DNA of 64,000 nt from the human T2T-CHM13v2.0 reference genome, Homo sapiens. The notes under the pieces are model-generated. The model saw only the letters and a program-made list of their open reading frames with translations. It did not search any database and had not been told where the DNA came from. Position numbers and translations under genes: made by a program. Where the stretch lies: NCBI RefSeq assembly GCF_009914755.1, contig NC_060933.1; one strand, written 5' to 3'. Positions 26,684 to 42,250 of this stretch are shown here, one piece after another (within the stretch, counting starts at the first letter, position 1; every line of letters starts with the position of its first letter).

Positions 26684-29366
26684 ATACTCACTCTACTTCC
26701 ATTTTGCTAGTCACTTTTATTTTTCCTGAACCCTAAAGCCTTTATTTTTAATTTCATTTAATCTTATGACTTTCTATAAACCTCTGCAAGTATTTCTGAA
26801 ACACAAAAAGGAACAAATTACAATGTTTACAGCTTCAATTAGCCAGAATACTTCAAGTTGGGTGTTCTTGAGAATGTATTATTCTGGTCTGTTGAAAAGC
26901 TGAAAATATACCAATCTTCCTTTCTGCCAAAAGCACAGTATTCTCAACATAATTACTGACGGTTTGGCATAGCAACAGCGTAGTATCTTAGCAAAGTCCT
27001 GAAATTAGATAGAGTCCATAGACCTGAATCCATGTCACATATATATCACCTTCTATGTAACGACGGCTGAGCAGTGTAAATTCTGAGGCACAGATTAATC
27101 TGTAAAATGGGAAAAACATTTTCTATGCCCAAACCCAGGGCTGGGAGCATCACGCGGGCACACAGGCAATCTTTGTAAACTGTAAAGTACAATCTACACC
27201 TGAGGATCATACCTGCTTTATTTCTACCACTCTGAATAGCAGTTTTCATTACCAAAGAGGACAATGAGGATTGAGCTGAATGTGAATTGAGAACAAGACC
27301 TGTATTTTGGACATTGTTCTTACCAATGTTTTCTTTATCCTACCTGTGGGATGCAGCAAAATTTGAGTAAACATGAGAGGGACCCAAAGCTGAACATCCT
27401 AGAGTCCTCGTGGATGAAGCATTGAATACGCACCAAGTCAAGCCCCAGAAGCTACACCTGAGCATCCCCATTACAGAGAAACAGGTTCCTTTTCTTTTTC
27501 CCCTATAACCCTGACCTCTCAGAGCCTGACTTACATGTTAAGGAAAAGCCTTTTCCCATCTTGTTTCCTGGCTTTCCCTCAGCAATCCATCCTCTAGACA
27601 TCCATCAGACTAGTCTTTCTAAACTGCAAATCTGATCCTGTCAATCCTCTGACTGGCATAGCCAACCCTACCCCACCAGGGGCCCCCTGCCTACACCTCA
27701 AGTCCAGGCTCCCAAACTGCATCCAAGGCTCTCCACAAGCCAACTTCTCTCGGGTTAATCTCCTGACACATCCCTAGAGGAACCACCCTTTACTGCAGCC
27801 CCAAACTCTTCTTCCCCAAAATCACCATACCCTCTCCCACCTCTAAACCTTAGCCTTCTATACAAAACCTTCCTCTCCCTTGCCTATCTATTAACCTCTA
27901 GCTCAAACTTCAGAACCAGTTCAAAAGTTACTTTCCCCAGGAGCCTGCTCTGGTCCTGCAAGCCACTTCCTTTCTCTGTGCTCCTGTGGTTGTTTCTTCA
28001 TGTCTCTATTATGGAATTTTCTCCTTGTCTAGTAGAGGGCTTGCACAAAGTGTTCAATGTTGCTGAATGTATGAATGGATTCCTTTCTTTTGCCAGGACA
28101 GAAACAGAGACCACTAAAAGGTCTAGGTTTTTCTGTCTGTTTCAATCCAAAAGCAACACCTGTAGCAGCTGGTGAGTAGGAGGCACTCCAGTTAAATAAG
28201 GAGCCTAGTTACCAGAAACAAGCTGGTAAGCTATGCAAGGCTAGTGTGTTATGCTCCACCTGTACATTTATCCTAGCACCATAATGCAAAGACACCACCC
28301 CACCATGTTTCCTCAGGCTCTGAGTAAGCCAGTACTTCCAAGACCTGGTATAAAACAGTCATGTGAGATGGACACATCAAATTCATAGACTATAAGCAAA
28401 AGTTAACTAGAGATACAACTGTGATGCAACATCTGTGCAAAAAAAGGAAACCACGGCCAAATCATCTTGTTGGAAACATGTATGTAACTTGATGTGTAAA
28501 GGTAGTCACGATGAGATGCCAGGAAGCCTGAGTCACTGGCATGTTCACCTGAGGACAGCACTTAGAGTATACAGCTGCTTTTGGTCTGCCCAGTGCCCTG
28601 AAACAAAATACCACTTTTTCTGGGTACCCGCTCATCCCCTTCCAAACATGTGGTTCTAGGGAGGCTGCCAATGATGTTATACACACGCACACACACACAC
28701 ACCCTTCTGCCAAGGCACAATAAGCATGTGACCCAAATTGGGATTCTCAGTACATCACCCGTCTGGCCATCCTGACAAGAAACCAGCCAGGGCAGCAAAG
28801 TGTGGGAGTTCTTCTTCCTCTTCTGCAGTAAATCGGGAAGATGTGATCCCAGCGTGGCTGGCAATGAGTCCAGCCACTTGGAACTGTAGTATGGATGCAA
28901 GAAAAAGAAGCCAGCTCTCAGAGAGAGAGTCTGCTCCTGGTAGTGTTCCAGTGCCCCGTCCTTCCAGCAGTTTAGTTACACAAGGCAATCAAGTTCCCTT
29001 TCTGCCAAACTTAGTTCAAGCTAGGTTTCTACCACTCACAAGAAAGTCCTACCCATAGTATACTCACCCCAATCCCTGCCCTATTGCCATCATAGTCCCC
29101 TTCCACTCCTTCCCAAATACCTCCATATGAAGACGTATACATGTTATGTAGCAATACATCTTTTTATCCACAGCAGCCCAAAATTCTTCTAGAAGCACCA
29201 GAGTTTACATGAATAAGTAAATTATGAAACCAACAAATAATGTCTAACAACAGAGGTATACCTAAGAAAATTACAGTATATACGCTTGATGTAATGTTAT
29301 ACAGCAATTTCAAATGATTACAAAGACTAAGTTATGATATAAAAAAACTACATATTATATATTATC

Positions 29367-29410
29367 GAGAGAGACAGAGAGAGAGAGAGAGAGACAGAGT
29401 GTGTGTGTGT
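29367..29410. repeat. Interrupted (GA)n(GT)n microsatellite
   Basis: Direct reading. Confidence 0.9.
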
Positions 29411-29998
29411 ATCACCCCCTCATCCTCGGCCATCCAAATTTTACCAAACAAACATTATAATGGCAGTAAGGGATGAGGGATAATTGTTTTAAACTAAAAA
29501 AAAAGGTCATCTAATAGTGAAAGATACAAGAATTGACTATGAAACATGCAGCTCTATAAATGGACCCTCTGGCCAGCCTTTTCTTTACCTCATCTATATA
29601 AAGTCACACTACTCAAATCTCACCCCTTTCATTCTCAAGTGTCAGCCCCTCTTAGAAGATTTCCCTGACTACCACATCACACAGGATCTTTTGCATTGAG
29701 TACAGGTTATATTAATTAACTGTGGATTTTAAATTGTTTTGCATTTTGTCTTGTATAACATTTTCATCTCCCTTAGAAAAATAAAACTTTCAGGAGTTAC
29801 GTATTGTAATTCCATCAGTATCTAAACCAGATACATTTTGTGTTCAATAACACTGAATAAAGATGAGAAACAGGTCTTTTAATAACATGCAATAAACTAG
29901 TGCACTCTAACATTGCTGGTGGCAGCATAAAATGGGCCAGCCTTTTGGACAAACAATTTGGCAACATAATTAACCAGTATAAAATATTGGCCAGGTGC

Positions 29999-30850
29999 CA
30001 ACCCCATCAAAAAGTGGGCGAAGGATATGAACAGACACTTCTCAAAAGAAGACATTTATGCAGCCAAAAAACACATGAAAAAATGCTCATCATCACTGGC
30101 CATCAGATAAATGCAAATCAAAACCACAATGAGATACCACCTCACACCAGTTAGAATGGCGATCATTAAAAAGTCAGGAAACAACAGGTGCTGGAGAGGA
30201 TGTGGAGAAATAGGAACACTTTTACACTGTTGGGACTGTAAACTAGTTCAACCATTGTGGCAGTCAGTGTGGCGATTCCTCAGGGATCTAGAACTAGAAA
30301 TACCATTTGACCCAGCAATCCCATTACTGGGTATATACCCAAAGGACTATAAATCATGCTGCTATAAAGACACATGCACACGTATGTTTATTTCGGCACT
30401 ATTCACAACAGCAAAGACTTGGAACCAACCCAAATGTCCAACAATGATAGACTGGATTAAGAAAATGTGGCACATATACACCATGGAATACTATGCAGCC
30501 ATAAAAAAGGATGAGTTCATGTGCTTTGTAGATACATGGATGAAACTGGAAATCATCATTCTCAGCAAACTATTGCAAGGACAAAAAACCAAACACCAGA
30601 TGTTCTCACTGATAGGTGGGAATTGAATAGCGAGAACACATGGACACAGGAAGGGGAACATCACACTCCGGGGACTGTTGTGGGGTGGGGGGAGGGGGGA
30701 GGGACAGCATTAGGAGATATACCTAATGCTAAATGACAAGTTAATGGGTACAGTACACCAACATGGCACATGTATACATATGTAACAAACCTGCACATTG
30801 TGCACATGTACCCTAAAACTTAAAGTATAATAATAAAAAATAAAAAATAA
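29999..30850 (+). mobile_element. 5'-truncated young primate L1 (L1PA3/L1PA4-like): ORF2 C-terminus, 3'UTR and A tail
   Basis: ORF 30111..30626 is the L1 ORF2p C-terminus with the zinc knuckle [15 protein letters not shown]-rich 3'UTR; 18-bp TSD 29981-29998/30851-30868. Confidence 0.93.
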
Positions 30851-30858
30851 AAAATTTT

Positions 30859-31149
30859 GGCTAGGTGCAGTGTCTCACACCTGTAATCCCAGCACTTTCA
30901 GAGGCCAAGATGTGAAGATCACTGGAGACCAGGAATTTGAGACCAGCCTGGGCAACACAGCCAGACCCTGTCTCCACAAAAAATAAAAATTAAATTAGCT
31001 GGGCATGTTGGCATCCACCCAAAGTCCCAGCTACACAGGAGGGTGAGGCAGTAGGATCCCTTGAGCCCAGGAATTTGAGGCTGCAGTGAGTTATGAGCAT
31101 GCCACCGCACTCCAGTCTAGGCAACACTGTGAAACTCTGTCCCAAAAAA
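30859..31149 (+). mobile_element. AluJ directly after the L1PA tail
   Basis: Diverged Alu dimer. Confidence 0.88.
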
Positions 31150-32093
31150 TATGTATGTACATATATACATAGGCACTATCTGACCCAGTAATCTCACTCC
31201 TCAGGATCTATCCTAGGGATTTCAAGAGAAAATATCCTTATGTCAAAAGATGTTCATTGTGTCATTATTTAAATAGCCAAAATGTCCAACAAAGGAGATT
31301 ATTAAGTAAATCATGTGAAATCTATTCAGTGAAAGGGTATGCATCATAATTCAACATGATCGTTCTGGAGCCTACACCATGAGATGGTGCCTATGACAGA
31401 CTAAGTGATCAAAGACAGAACAGTATTTAGCCTCTGATTAGACCAGGAGCCCAGGGGCATCAGGACTGAACGATAGTACAGAAAATCAGTAAGAGTTACT
31501 TTGCTAGGGTAGTGGAATTATAGCTACCATTTTCTAGTTTTTCTAGGTTTTCTTTATTGATCCATTAATGTTTGTTAAAATTTTATTAAAATATACAAAC
31601 ATTTGCATTTCAATTCTTTCTTCAGTGTTAACACTGGGATTTCACCTTCCGGATCCTGGTGTCCCTATCAGCAGCAGCCACCAGAGAACTAACCACTGGT
31701 ACTCTTTTGAGTCCTCTACTCTAATGACTGCCTGGCCCAGGATCTCAGGCAGACAATTCAATTAACCTTCATGGCAATGATCACTCAGACCCAGACCCCA
31801 ATCCTACCTGATTGCAACAAGGCTACGTATCTGGATGTGACTCTCAGGAGGGATTAAATTAAAAGACACTGAATATTTAAGTATAATTGAAATTTAATAA
31901 GTCTACCAAATTCAGAGAGGATTTTTAAATGCTAATACCCAATGCTAAATAGAGTACAGTCATAAAAAAGATCACCTAGAGAAACCTGATATAATCTTTC
32001 TGCAGAACAATTTGAATATATCTATACAACAGTCCTTAAAATATTCATACTCTTTGGCCCAGTTATTATACCTCTATCAGGAACAATCAGTGA

Positions 32094-32223
32094 GGTGGGC
32101 ATGGTGGCATGTGCCTATAATCCCAGCTACTCAAGAAACTGAGGTGGGAGGATCACTTGAGCCCAGGAGTTCAGGAACAGCCCAGGAAACAGAGTGAGAC
32201 CCTGTCTCAAAAAAAACAACAAA
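32094..32223 (+). mobile_element. Alu monomer (FRAM/FAM-like)
   Basis: Single Alu arm with A tail; AATCAGTG on both flanks. Confidence 0.75.
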
Positions 32224-32476
32224 GAATCAGTGGATAAATATTTATGTACAAGGATGTTTGCTGCAGAAGTCATAAGGCAAAAAAAAAGTAAAATAATCTA
32301 AATGCCGTTCAAAAAAGAACTAGTTAAATAAACTGTAATACATCCAAGTGATGAAATATTATGCTGGCACAAAAAAAATTGTTTTTGAAGAACATTCATG
32401 ACATGGCAACAAACCAGAGAGAGAACATTAAACTTAAAAAAGCACGATACAAAACTGTATTTTCAACTCGATAACA

Positions 32477-32480
<4 letters not shown>

Positions 32481-32560
<80 letters not shown>
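32481..32560. repeat. Compound microsatellite (TG)~23 (AG)~15
   Basis: Direct reading. Confidence 0.97.
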
Positions 32561-32564
<4 letters not shown>

Positions 32565-32743
32565 GAGAATAAAAGGACTGAAATACCAAATAGATCAAAT
32601 GAAGCTGGTCATTTCTAGGTACTGAGATAATAAGTGAAATATTTTCTTAAGTCTTCTGTACTGAATATCACCCTACAACCAGACACAGCCACATAGCCCC
32701 AAAAGCACTGTCCACTGTGTCAGAAGGGCAGGGCGGTACTCAC

Positions 32744-32962
32744 ACGGATGGTGCAGTCTCCTTTGCTCTTCTCTCGATGGGCTTCCTCCAGGTCCTTCTC
32801 CAGTCTCTCCCTCTCCTGCTGCAAGTCACTCAGCTCCTGGGTGATCTTCTTAATGCTTCTACGCAGTCTGTGGTTCTCTGTACTCTTGGTGAGGTTTTGT
32901 GAGCGCAGCGCAGCCGAAAGGGCTTCCTTTCCTGATAGAGCAGTCTCATAGTCTTCAGACCC
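32744..32962 (-). CDS. CDK5RAP2: CDK5RAP2 coding exon (~exon 12, 219 nt): GSEDYETALSGK...EKSKGDCTIR
   Basis: Manual translation. Acceptor ttctag|GGG, donor CGT|gtgagt. Confidence 0.95.
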
Positions 32963-33211
32963 CTAGAAGAGAAGGCAGAGAAGCAAGACGAGCTAATTTT
33001 CATACCTCATGAAACAAACCAAGAAACCTGGGCTCTTTTTCGCCGTGGGGGAAAAAAAGAAAAGAAAAAGATTAACATAGACAACATTCAGAAACCAAAG
33101 CAAAAATAATAGGAAGATTTTGGAATAACATAAGATAATGTTTCTTATGATGTGGATGGTTGTATGAAAGAAGTATTTTCTTAAAGGACCAGAAAAAAAG
33201 CACAAATTCTC

Positions 33212-33527
33212 AGCTGGGCACAGTGGCTCACACCTGTAATCCCAGCACTTTGGGAGGCTGAGGCAGATGGATCATGAGGTCAGGAGTTCAAGACTAGCCT
33301 GGCCAACACGGTGAAACCCCGTCTCTACTAAAAATACAAAAATTAGCCAGGCGTGGAGGTGGGTGCCTGTAGTCCCAGCTACTCGGGAAGGCTGAGGCAG
33401 AGAACTGCATGAACCCGGAGGCGGAGGTTGCAGTGAGCCGAGATCGTACCACTGCACTCCAGCCTGGGTGACAGAGCGAGACTCCGTCTCAAAAAAAAAA
33501 AAAGAAAAAAAGAAAAAAGAAAGAAAA
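33212..33527 (+). mobile_element. AluS
   Basis: Full dimer; AAAAGCACAAATT on both flanks. Confidence 0.92.
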
Positions 33528-33711
33528 GCACAAATTTTCACAGTAACTGTCTTTAGTTGGGTGGGACTATAGTTACTTTTTTTTGTCATAACTCTGTATT
33601 TTCAAATGTTCTAAGGTAAGTGAGCATGTTACTTTAATAATGGTTTAAAAAACAATTTAAGTCATTTTTAAATGGTAGAAAATGAAGACCTTCATTTGAA
33701 AATGTGAAAGT

Positions 33712-34162
33712 TGTCAGAATCAGAATGGACTCATTTGTCTTTAAAAAAATAAAAATAAAACCAAAAAAAAACAACCTTGACAAATAGATTCGGGTATATG
33801 AAGACAGATTACTCAGGCATAAATGCCTCAGAACAAAAACTATCACAAAAGACTCTGTAAAAACCACAACCTTGCACAAAGGCCACCGCAATCCTACACA
33901 AAAAATACTTCCGCAAGGACATCTGCCCAGCAACTGCCCATCCAACCTACGACTGGTGTCATCCTTGTTATTGATACTTGCAGCCAAGGACAAGTATCTC
34001 AATACGGTTATGTAATTCTCATTTTTCTTTAAAAATCTTTGTCTTCCTTAACCTCCCTGAATATGCACATAGCTATGGCACATGTATTCCCACTGCCATG
34101 TCCTAGTCCTGAATAAGTATCATTTTCTTTTTGAGAGATTCTCTCTGTTATTTAGGTTGACA
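33712..34162 (+). mobile_element. ERV1-class solo LTR (MER93/MER57-like)
   Basis: TGTCA...TGACA termini and the ...TTATTTAGGTTGACA end typical of MER4-group LTRs. Family uncertain. Confidence 0.6.
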
Positions 34163-34663
34163 AAAAGTAGAGATATATCTAAGCACTTACAATGTTCATC
34201 CACATCAGAATGGCTCAAACCCAGATTCATTTGGAGAAAAAAAAAAAAGGTGGTCAGCATGCTAGTTCAATGGCCAGCCTGAGAGACTGTAATTTCAGCA
34301 AAGTCCATGGGCAAAATAAGTCAAGAATATGTGGTATTTCGTTAATACACAGTTAACTAAAGAAAATACATATGATTATCAAATATATACACATCTGTGA
34401 AATGGGAAGTAATGGCCTCTATTTTTTAAATTATTATTTTTTCCTTCTTTTTTTCTGAAAGCTGGTTTACCAGCATTCTACTAAATATAGCATATATACA
34501 GAAAGGTACACAAATCATCAGTGTATAGCTCAACAAATGTTCACAAACTGAATACACTCATATCAAGAAACACATCCTTCGTCAGGCACAGTGGCTCGCT
34601 GCCTGTAATCCCAACACTTTGGGAGGAATGGTCTCTATTTTCATATGGTCATTGTGAAGATTA

Positions 34664-35338
<675 letters not shown>

Positions 35339-35663
35339 ATAAAGTGCCATTTCAGTGGGTACAACATAAATAAATCTAGCTCTACTTTTCCTTTACCTAC
35401 TCCATTATCTTTCATTCCCAATCAAAAAATAACAGAGGTTCCACAAACCAAAAGCTATATACAATAACACTATTAACCAAGAATTTGAAAAACAGACCAA
35501 AGTACTCTGTTTTTGTCCAAATACCACCTAATTTAAGGGTGAGCTAACAACACTTACTGTGCCCAGGTACACTTTCTTATTTAAACCTTGGGTGATTATC
35601 TAGATTTTGCAACGCACAAACAGGCTGGAAGAGCTCAAATATCTTGCCCAAGGTTACAGTTAG

Positions 35664-36338
<675 letters not shown>

Positions 36339-38674
36339 GTTAACAAGAGCAGAGTCAAGATTCAAATCCATGTCCCACTCCATGTTCTTCCCAGTAAAAA
36401 TAATATGTTACCTCCATATAATGGACTATACTCAGTTGTTTAAAAAGATTGAGCAGCACAGAGCTAAATATGCACACACCCCCATACATAAACAAATAAA
36501 TGCATGTCAACTGCTAAAAATCTGAATAAGGTCAAAGGACTGCACTGATGTCAATGACCTGGCAGTGATATTACATCACAATTATGCAAGATGTTACCTT
36601 TGGGACAACTGGGTAAAGAATATAAAGGATGTATATGTAAATCCACAATTATCTCAAAATAAAAATTAAAATATAAAAGACTTGGTAGGTCTACATATAC
36701 TGCCATGGCAAGAATGTTAAATCTTAAAAAATGGTCATGGAACAAAATACATATTATGATCCTATTTAATTTTTTAAAGTATATATGTATATATGCATAA
36801 ATATGCATTACAGTCAAGGTACAGAGTCAAGGCAAGAGGTGAGTTTACTGATGATTTCTATCAACCTCTCACTACTACTTTAAGTACTTTATAAATTTCC
36901 TACAATGTGCATTTTTACTTTAATAGCTGGAAGGATGCCATTTCCAATTTGAAAGTTTTTTTTAAAATGAGTATGGAGGTAGCAGCAGCCAGCCCACACT
37001 ATCACCTTCACAGTGAAACCAGTGATTAGAATTCACACCTCTGTGCTTCTGAACTTTGGCAATCACTTCAAGAGTTTAAATATCACCTGCTGTTGCTTCA
37101 GTGTCAGGCTTGATGCCAACCCTGTGAACACTGGCTATTTAACTCATGCTGCAATTGGCAAAAAGACCCCAATACATGGGGAAAAAATGCATTTACAAGT
37201 ATCTGTGCACCATTCAAACTATGTATACCTCACAGTGAGATAGCCGATATAGGTGTATTGTGTGCATTTACTCACACACAATCAGAGGAGTGGAAAGAGC
37301 ATAGGCTTTGAAGACAGACTTGAGTTCAAGTCCTGCAAAAACTCGCTGGTTTGTAAATCTGCTACCTCCTCGGGCAAGGATTAAATGAGGGTCCTCTGAA
37401 AAGCCAACCTGACATGTATAACCTGAAGAGTTACAACAGTTCCTGATCTCTGTGTGCTGCAAGATAAGAAACTTGACCAACACTGTACATTGTAAGACCT
37501 CAAAACTCATTCTTAAAGTCTTTTGACTAAGACTGGGGTTATTAAGTTAAATGTATATAATACATCTGGGTAACATTTAAATGTATAAGATTCCTTTCTT
37601 TCCTTTAAGACCCGTCATAACAAGTAAAATATCACAATGTTTATGCCGGTCTCTCTGGCTATCAGCAGCCAACAGATTTTTACCCAAGCAATGGAAAACA
37701 TAATTTTCCTAAGAATTCAGCTTCTGAAGCTTGTTATTTTCTAGGCAAGGAAAAAGAGAAACAGTCTAAAGTGTAATCTTAGCTCCATTTCATCAACCAC
37801 TGTCAAAACAGTAAGAGAAGGCAAGTCTGAGATTCCAAAAGCAAAGATTTGTCTATGTTCCTAGCGTACCATGATTTAAACCAAATTACTTCAATTATTC
37901 TTATTGTTAACTAAAGGCTCTGCAAAAGATAAGTCATGGGATATGAATCTTGGGAATCAAACAGTCTTAAATCAGATTTAACTTCTAACTTCTACGTTAC
38001 AACCAAAAGCAACATCAGTGCAAGAGGTGGGAGGAGGAAGCTTTAGGCAGTATGGACTTACTTTGATGATAAAACTGTATTGATTTATTAAGTTATTTAG
38101 TGATAGGTATAAGCTGTATAAGAAAACTAGAAACATGATAAGAAACATGTTAAAATAATTTAAAACACGAAATTAAAATGAGGAAGAAAGAGGGGCTGAC
38201 CATCAGGAGTCCTTGTAGTACAACATTGGGGGGCGGAGGGAGGAGAAGGCAGGTCAAAAACATCAAGGTCTGGAAAAGAAACCTGGAGAGGAGCAGCTGG
38301 GACCAAAGCAGCCAGGTAAGGGAGATACGGGATGACAGTAAAAGCACAGTCTTTGGAGTCAGATTGGCTCTGGAGTCAAATCTTAGCTCTATTACTTACC
38401 AGTTTTGGGAACCTGTGCAAGCTACTAGAAACTTAACTTGGATTTCCTCAGCAGTTTAAAAAAAAGGATATTAATAGTACTTACTTCATAGAGCTGCTGT
38501 TCAGTTAACTGAGATAATCTATGGGGAGCACTTAGCAGGCCTTGGCACATAGTATGTGTTCAATAAATGTCTCTTGCTATTATTAGCAATTACCACACTA
38601 AAATTTTGGCTCTGCCACTTGCTAACTGTGTGACAGTGAATAAGCTACACATGCTCCTGAGCCTCAAAACCTCA

Positions 38675-38975
<301 letters not shown>

Positions 38976-39308
38976 TTTAAAAACACAAGAGGGATGATGA
39001 CTACCTTTCCCACAGGCTGGTGAAGATTAAATGAGATAATCCACATATCTTGCATTATTACTTAGCACAGAGCACACTCAGCACTCCTAACTGTGGAGGT
39101 ATTTATCATTATCATATTGAGGAGGGGGCTGGAAAAGCTCCCAAATCTGGTAGAGAATTTCCCTTTAATTAGACTAGCAAATTCTATCACTGAAGACCAC
39201 CCACAGTTTTCCTTATTAAAATCACCCAAGTTCTTTCAGCTGCAAAGTCCTCACCTCACCAGGGGTCAGGATCAAAGAGACAGCCACTTAAGCCAAGTGT
39301 ACACTTAC

Positions 39309-39401
39309 CTGAAATTCCTGGGTCTGTGCTTTCTGTAGGGCCTCTCTGGCTTTAGCAAAGGCAGCACTGAGCTTTTCAATTTCAGAGTTAAGTTCTTCAA
39401 C
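39309..39401 (-). CDS. CDK5RAP2: CDK5RAP2 coding exon (~exon 11, 93 nt): VEELNSEIEKLSAAFAKAREALQKAQTQEFQ
   Basis: Manual translation. Acceptor ttccccag|GTT, donor CAG|gtaagt. Confidence 0.95.
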
Positions 39402-39942
39402 CTGGGGAAAAATAATGAATACCAGCCAAGTATGTAACTGGGCTCTCCTCTCTGCACAGCCCACATGCTTTTCCTGCTCAATTGTGTCGTGCTTATAATC
39501 AAGGGCTTTGTAGTCAGAAGAGATTCGAGTGGGATTTCCAGTTTAGCCGTTTACTAGCTGGATGACTTCAGGCAAGGTACTTAACATCTTTGAGACTCCA
39601 TTTCCTCAACTGTAAAATGAGGATACCACCGCTCACGCAGCTATTGTGTTGTTAAGGTTAAATGAGGTAATGTGCATCAGTGCTAAAATAATGCCTTGGT
39701 CATACTGTTACAATTATTACTGTCCATATAGATGACCTACCCAACACCTAGCCTGGGTATTCCCCAAATTCCTCAGCCTCCAGTGACTTTCTCCTATACC
39801 CCGGAGTTGGCCATGAACAACCATGGCCACACCCTGGACTTTGCCAGCACCCAGAGCAGCTCTGACACCAGTGTCCTGACACACTGAAGGGCTCCGATCT
39901 CGGTTGGACCTAGAACTCCCCCACATGTGATACAATGTTGAC

Positions 39943-40253
<311 letters not shown>

Positions 40254-41655
40254 TAGGAGGCAAATCTCTGCTGCATCTGACAGTGGTGATCATTCAAACT
40301 CCTTAGCAACACCCCCAGTTTCCTCGTTAGTGTCCTACTTCTGCAACTATTCCTTCTGTCCCCTTTGTGCATTCCTCTCCTTATCCCTGAAATTCTGATG
40401 TCCTCTGCAGTCCCATCATCAACCTTCTTCTTTCCCATTCTATACTCTCCTTAGATAAGTAGGTCAACTCTCAGACTCTTAACTCACACCTATAAACAGG
40501 GAGTCCTAGATTGACCTCTTCAGGACTGAGCTCTCTCCAAACTTTAGGCATGCATGTCATCTGCCTCCTGGACATCTCATCTGGATGGTCCACGGGCTCC
40601 TCAAAGTCACCACTTTTTAAACAGATTCATCACATCTACCACTGTCCCAGATCTTGCCATCAACCTCCACTATCCACGCTTTGAACTGAGTCAGTGGCAC
40701 CACCATACCTCTAGTCATGCAAGCCAGACACCTAGAAGTCTTCCTTCACTATGCTTCTCTGAAGTCCTACATCTAATCCTCAAATTTTCCCAACCTTATT
40801 TCTAATTACTTTGAACCTTATTTCTTAAATAAGCCCCTCCCCCTCCATTCCTACTTGCTGTGCCCACTGCTCTAATTCACCCTTTCTTGGCTCTCACTGA
40901 GGCTACTGGTCTCCCAGCCTCCATTCTCTCCCTCCTGCAATTCACTCTCCAGATAGAGCCAGAGACCTCTCCAAAATGAAAATATGCTTAAGAGTTTTCA
41001 GTGTCCTTAAGTGCCACTTAAGCAGCTCAATATGATTAGTTTCCCCAACCCCCACCGGCTGGCCACTTGAAGAAGCTTCACCTTCTTCTCTCGCCTCCTT
41101 TAAGTTTTACACTTTGTGCTCTGACAACTCCAAACTGTCTGTGGTGCATATGGGGTCTCTCCTAACTAAACACCTTGACCAATGTTCTCCCTTTGTCCAT
41201 AATGGCATCCCCGTCCCTGCCTTCCTTCCCAACTAACTCCTACTTATCCTTTCAGATGCAGCTCAGGCACCTTCTCCTCTAAGCACTGCACCCCACATGC
41301 AATATCCACACCTAATCTGGATCAGGTCCCCTTCCCTCTGCCTCCCCAGCTCCCTACACTTCCCTCAATCACAACCCTCAACACTCTTTCTTCCCCAATA
41401 GACTTGCAAGCAGAGCTGGGTTTTCTTCTCTGTCTGTTCCTTGCATAGCTACTAGGACACAATAGATTGCCATAGTAAGGACAAGAAAACAGCACAGAAC
41501 CATCAGCTACCACCTTGGATCACAAAGGCAACCATCAGCTACCACCTTGGATTACAAACGCAACACTCAGGCAGCTCTTTAACTGGCTCACAGTCATGGC
41601 CTTGCTTCCCAAAACTCCTTTATCTCAATTTTCTGTTATCCTTCAAAAGATTAGA

Positions 41656-41960
41656 CCTGCATTGTCCAATGCGGCAGTCACTACCCACATGTGGCTCTTG
41701 GCATGTGAAATGTGGTTAGCCTGAATTGAGGTGTGCTGTAAACACATCTGAACTTCAAATGCTTAGTTCTGAAAAAAAAAAGTGTTGACTATCTCAATAT
41801 TTTTACTGATTATATGATGAAATGATTATGTTTTGGGGGGGGATATATATATATAATTAAAATTAATTTCACTTGTTTCTTTTTACTTCTTTTAATGTGG
41901 CCACTAGAAAGTTTTAAATCACATAGGTAACCCATATGATATTTCTATTGGACAGCACTG
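41656..41960. mobile_element. MER33-like hAT-Charlie non-autonomous element
   Basis: Terminal inverted repeats (GCATTGTCCAAT ... ATTGGACAGCACTG), ~300 bp. Confidence 0.7.
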
Positions 41961-42130
41961 GATTAGACACTCCAAAAGAATTTCCGGTTGACTAGAGGAT
42001 CATTTCCCCACTTTCTATACTACCTCAGCTCTCTTATAAACTTTTTATCTGAAGCTAAAAATTCAGGGTAGGACAGGCCAGTCATAGAAGCTAATAAAGA
42101 AAAATCTTACTTCAAGTGTATCAGACATAC

Positions 42131-42250
42131 CTTTTTTTCCTTTGATTTTAATGCCATGGTTAAACCCTGAATGGCTTTATCCCTCTTTAGACTATTTTTC
42201 TTCTCTGTAGCAATTTCTCTTTCCTTCTCTCTCAGGTCCTCTTCAAGTGC
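42131..42250 (-). CDS. CDK5RAP2: CDK5RAP2 coding exon (~exon 10, 120 nt): ALEEDLREKEREIATEKKNSLKRDKAIQGLTMALKSKEKK
   Basis: Manual translation. Acceptor tttag|GCA, donor AAG|gtatgt. Confidence 0.95.

Noticed and set aside
30111-30626. 171-aa ORF as a gene
   Set aside because: C-terminal remnant of L1 ORF2p in a 5'-truncated copy with no promoter.
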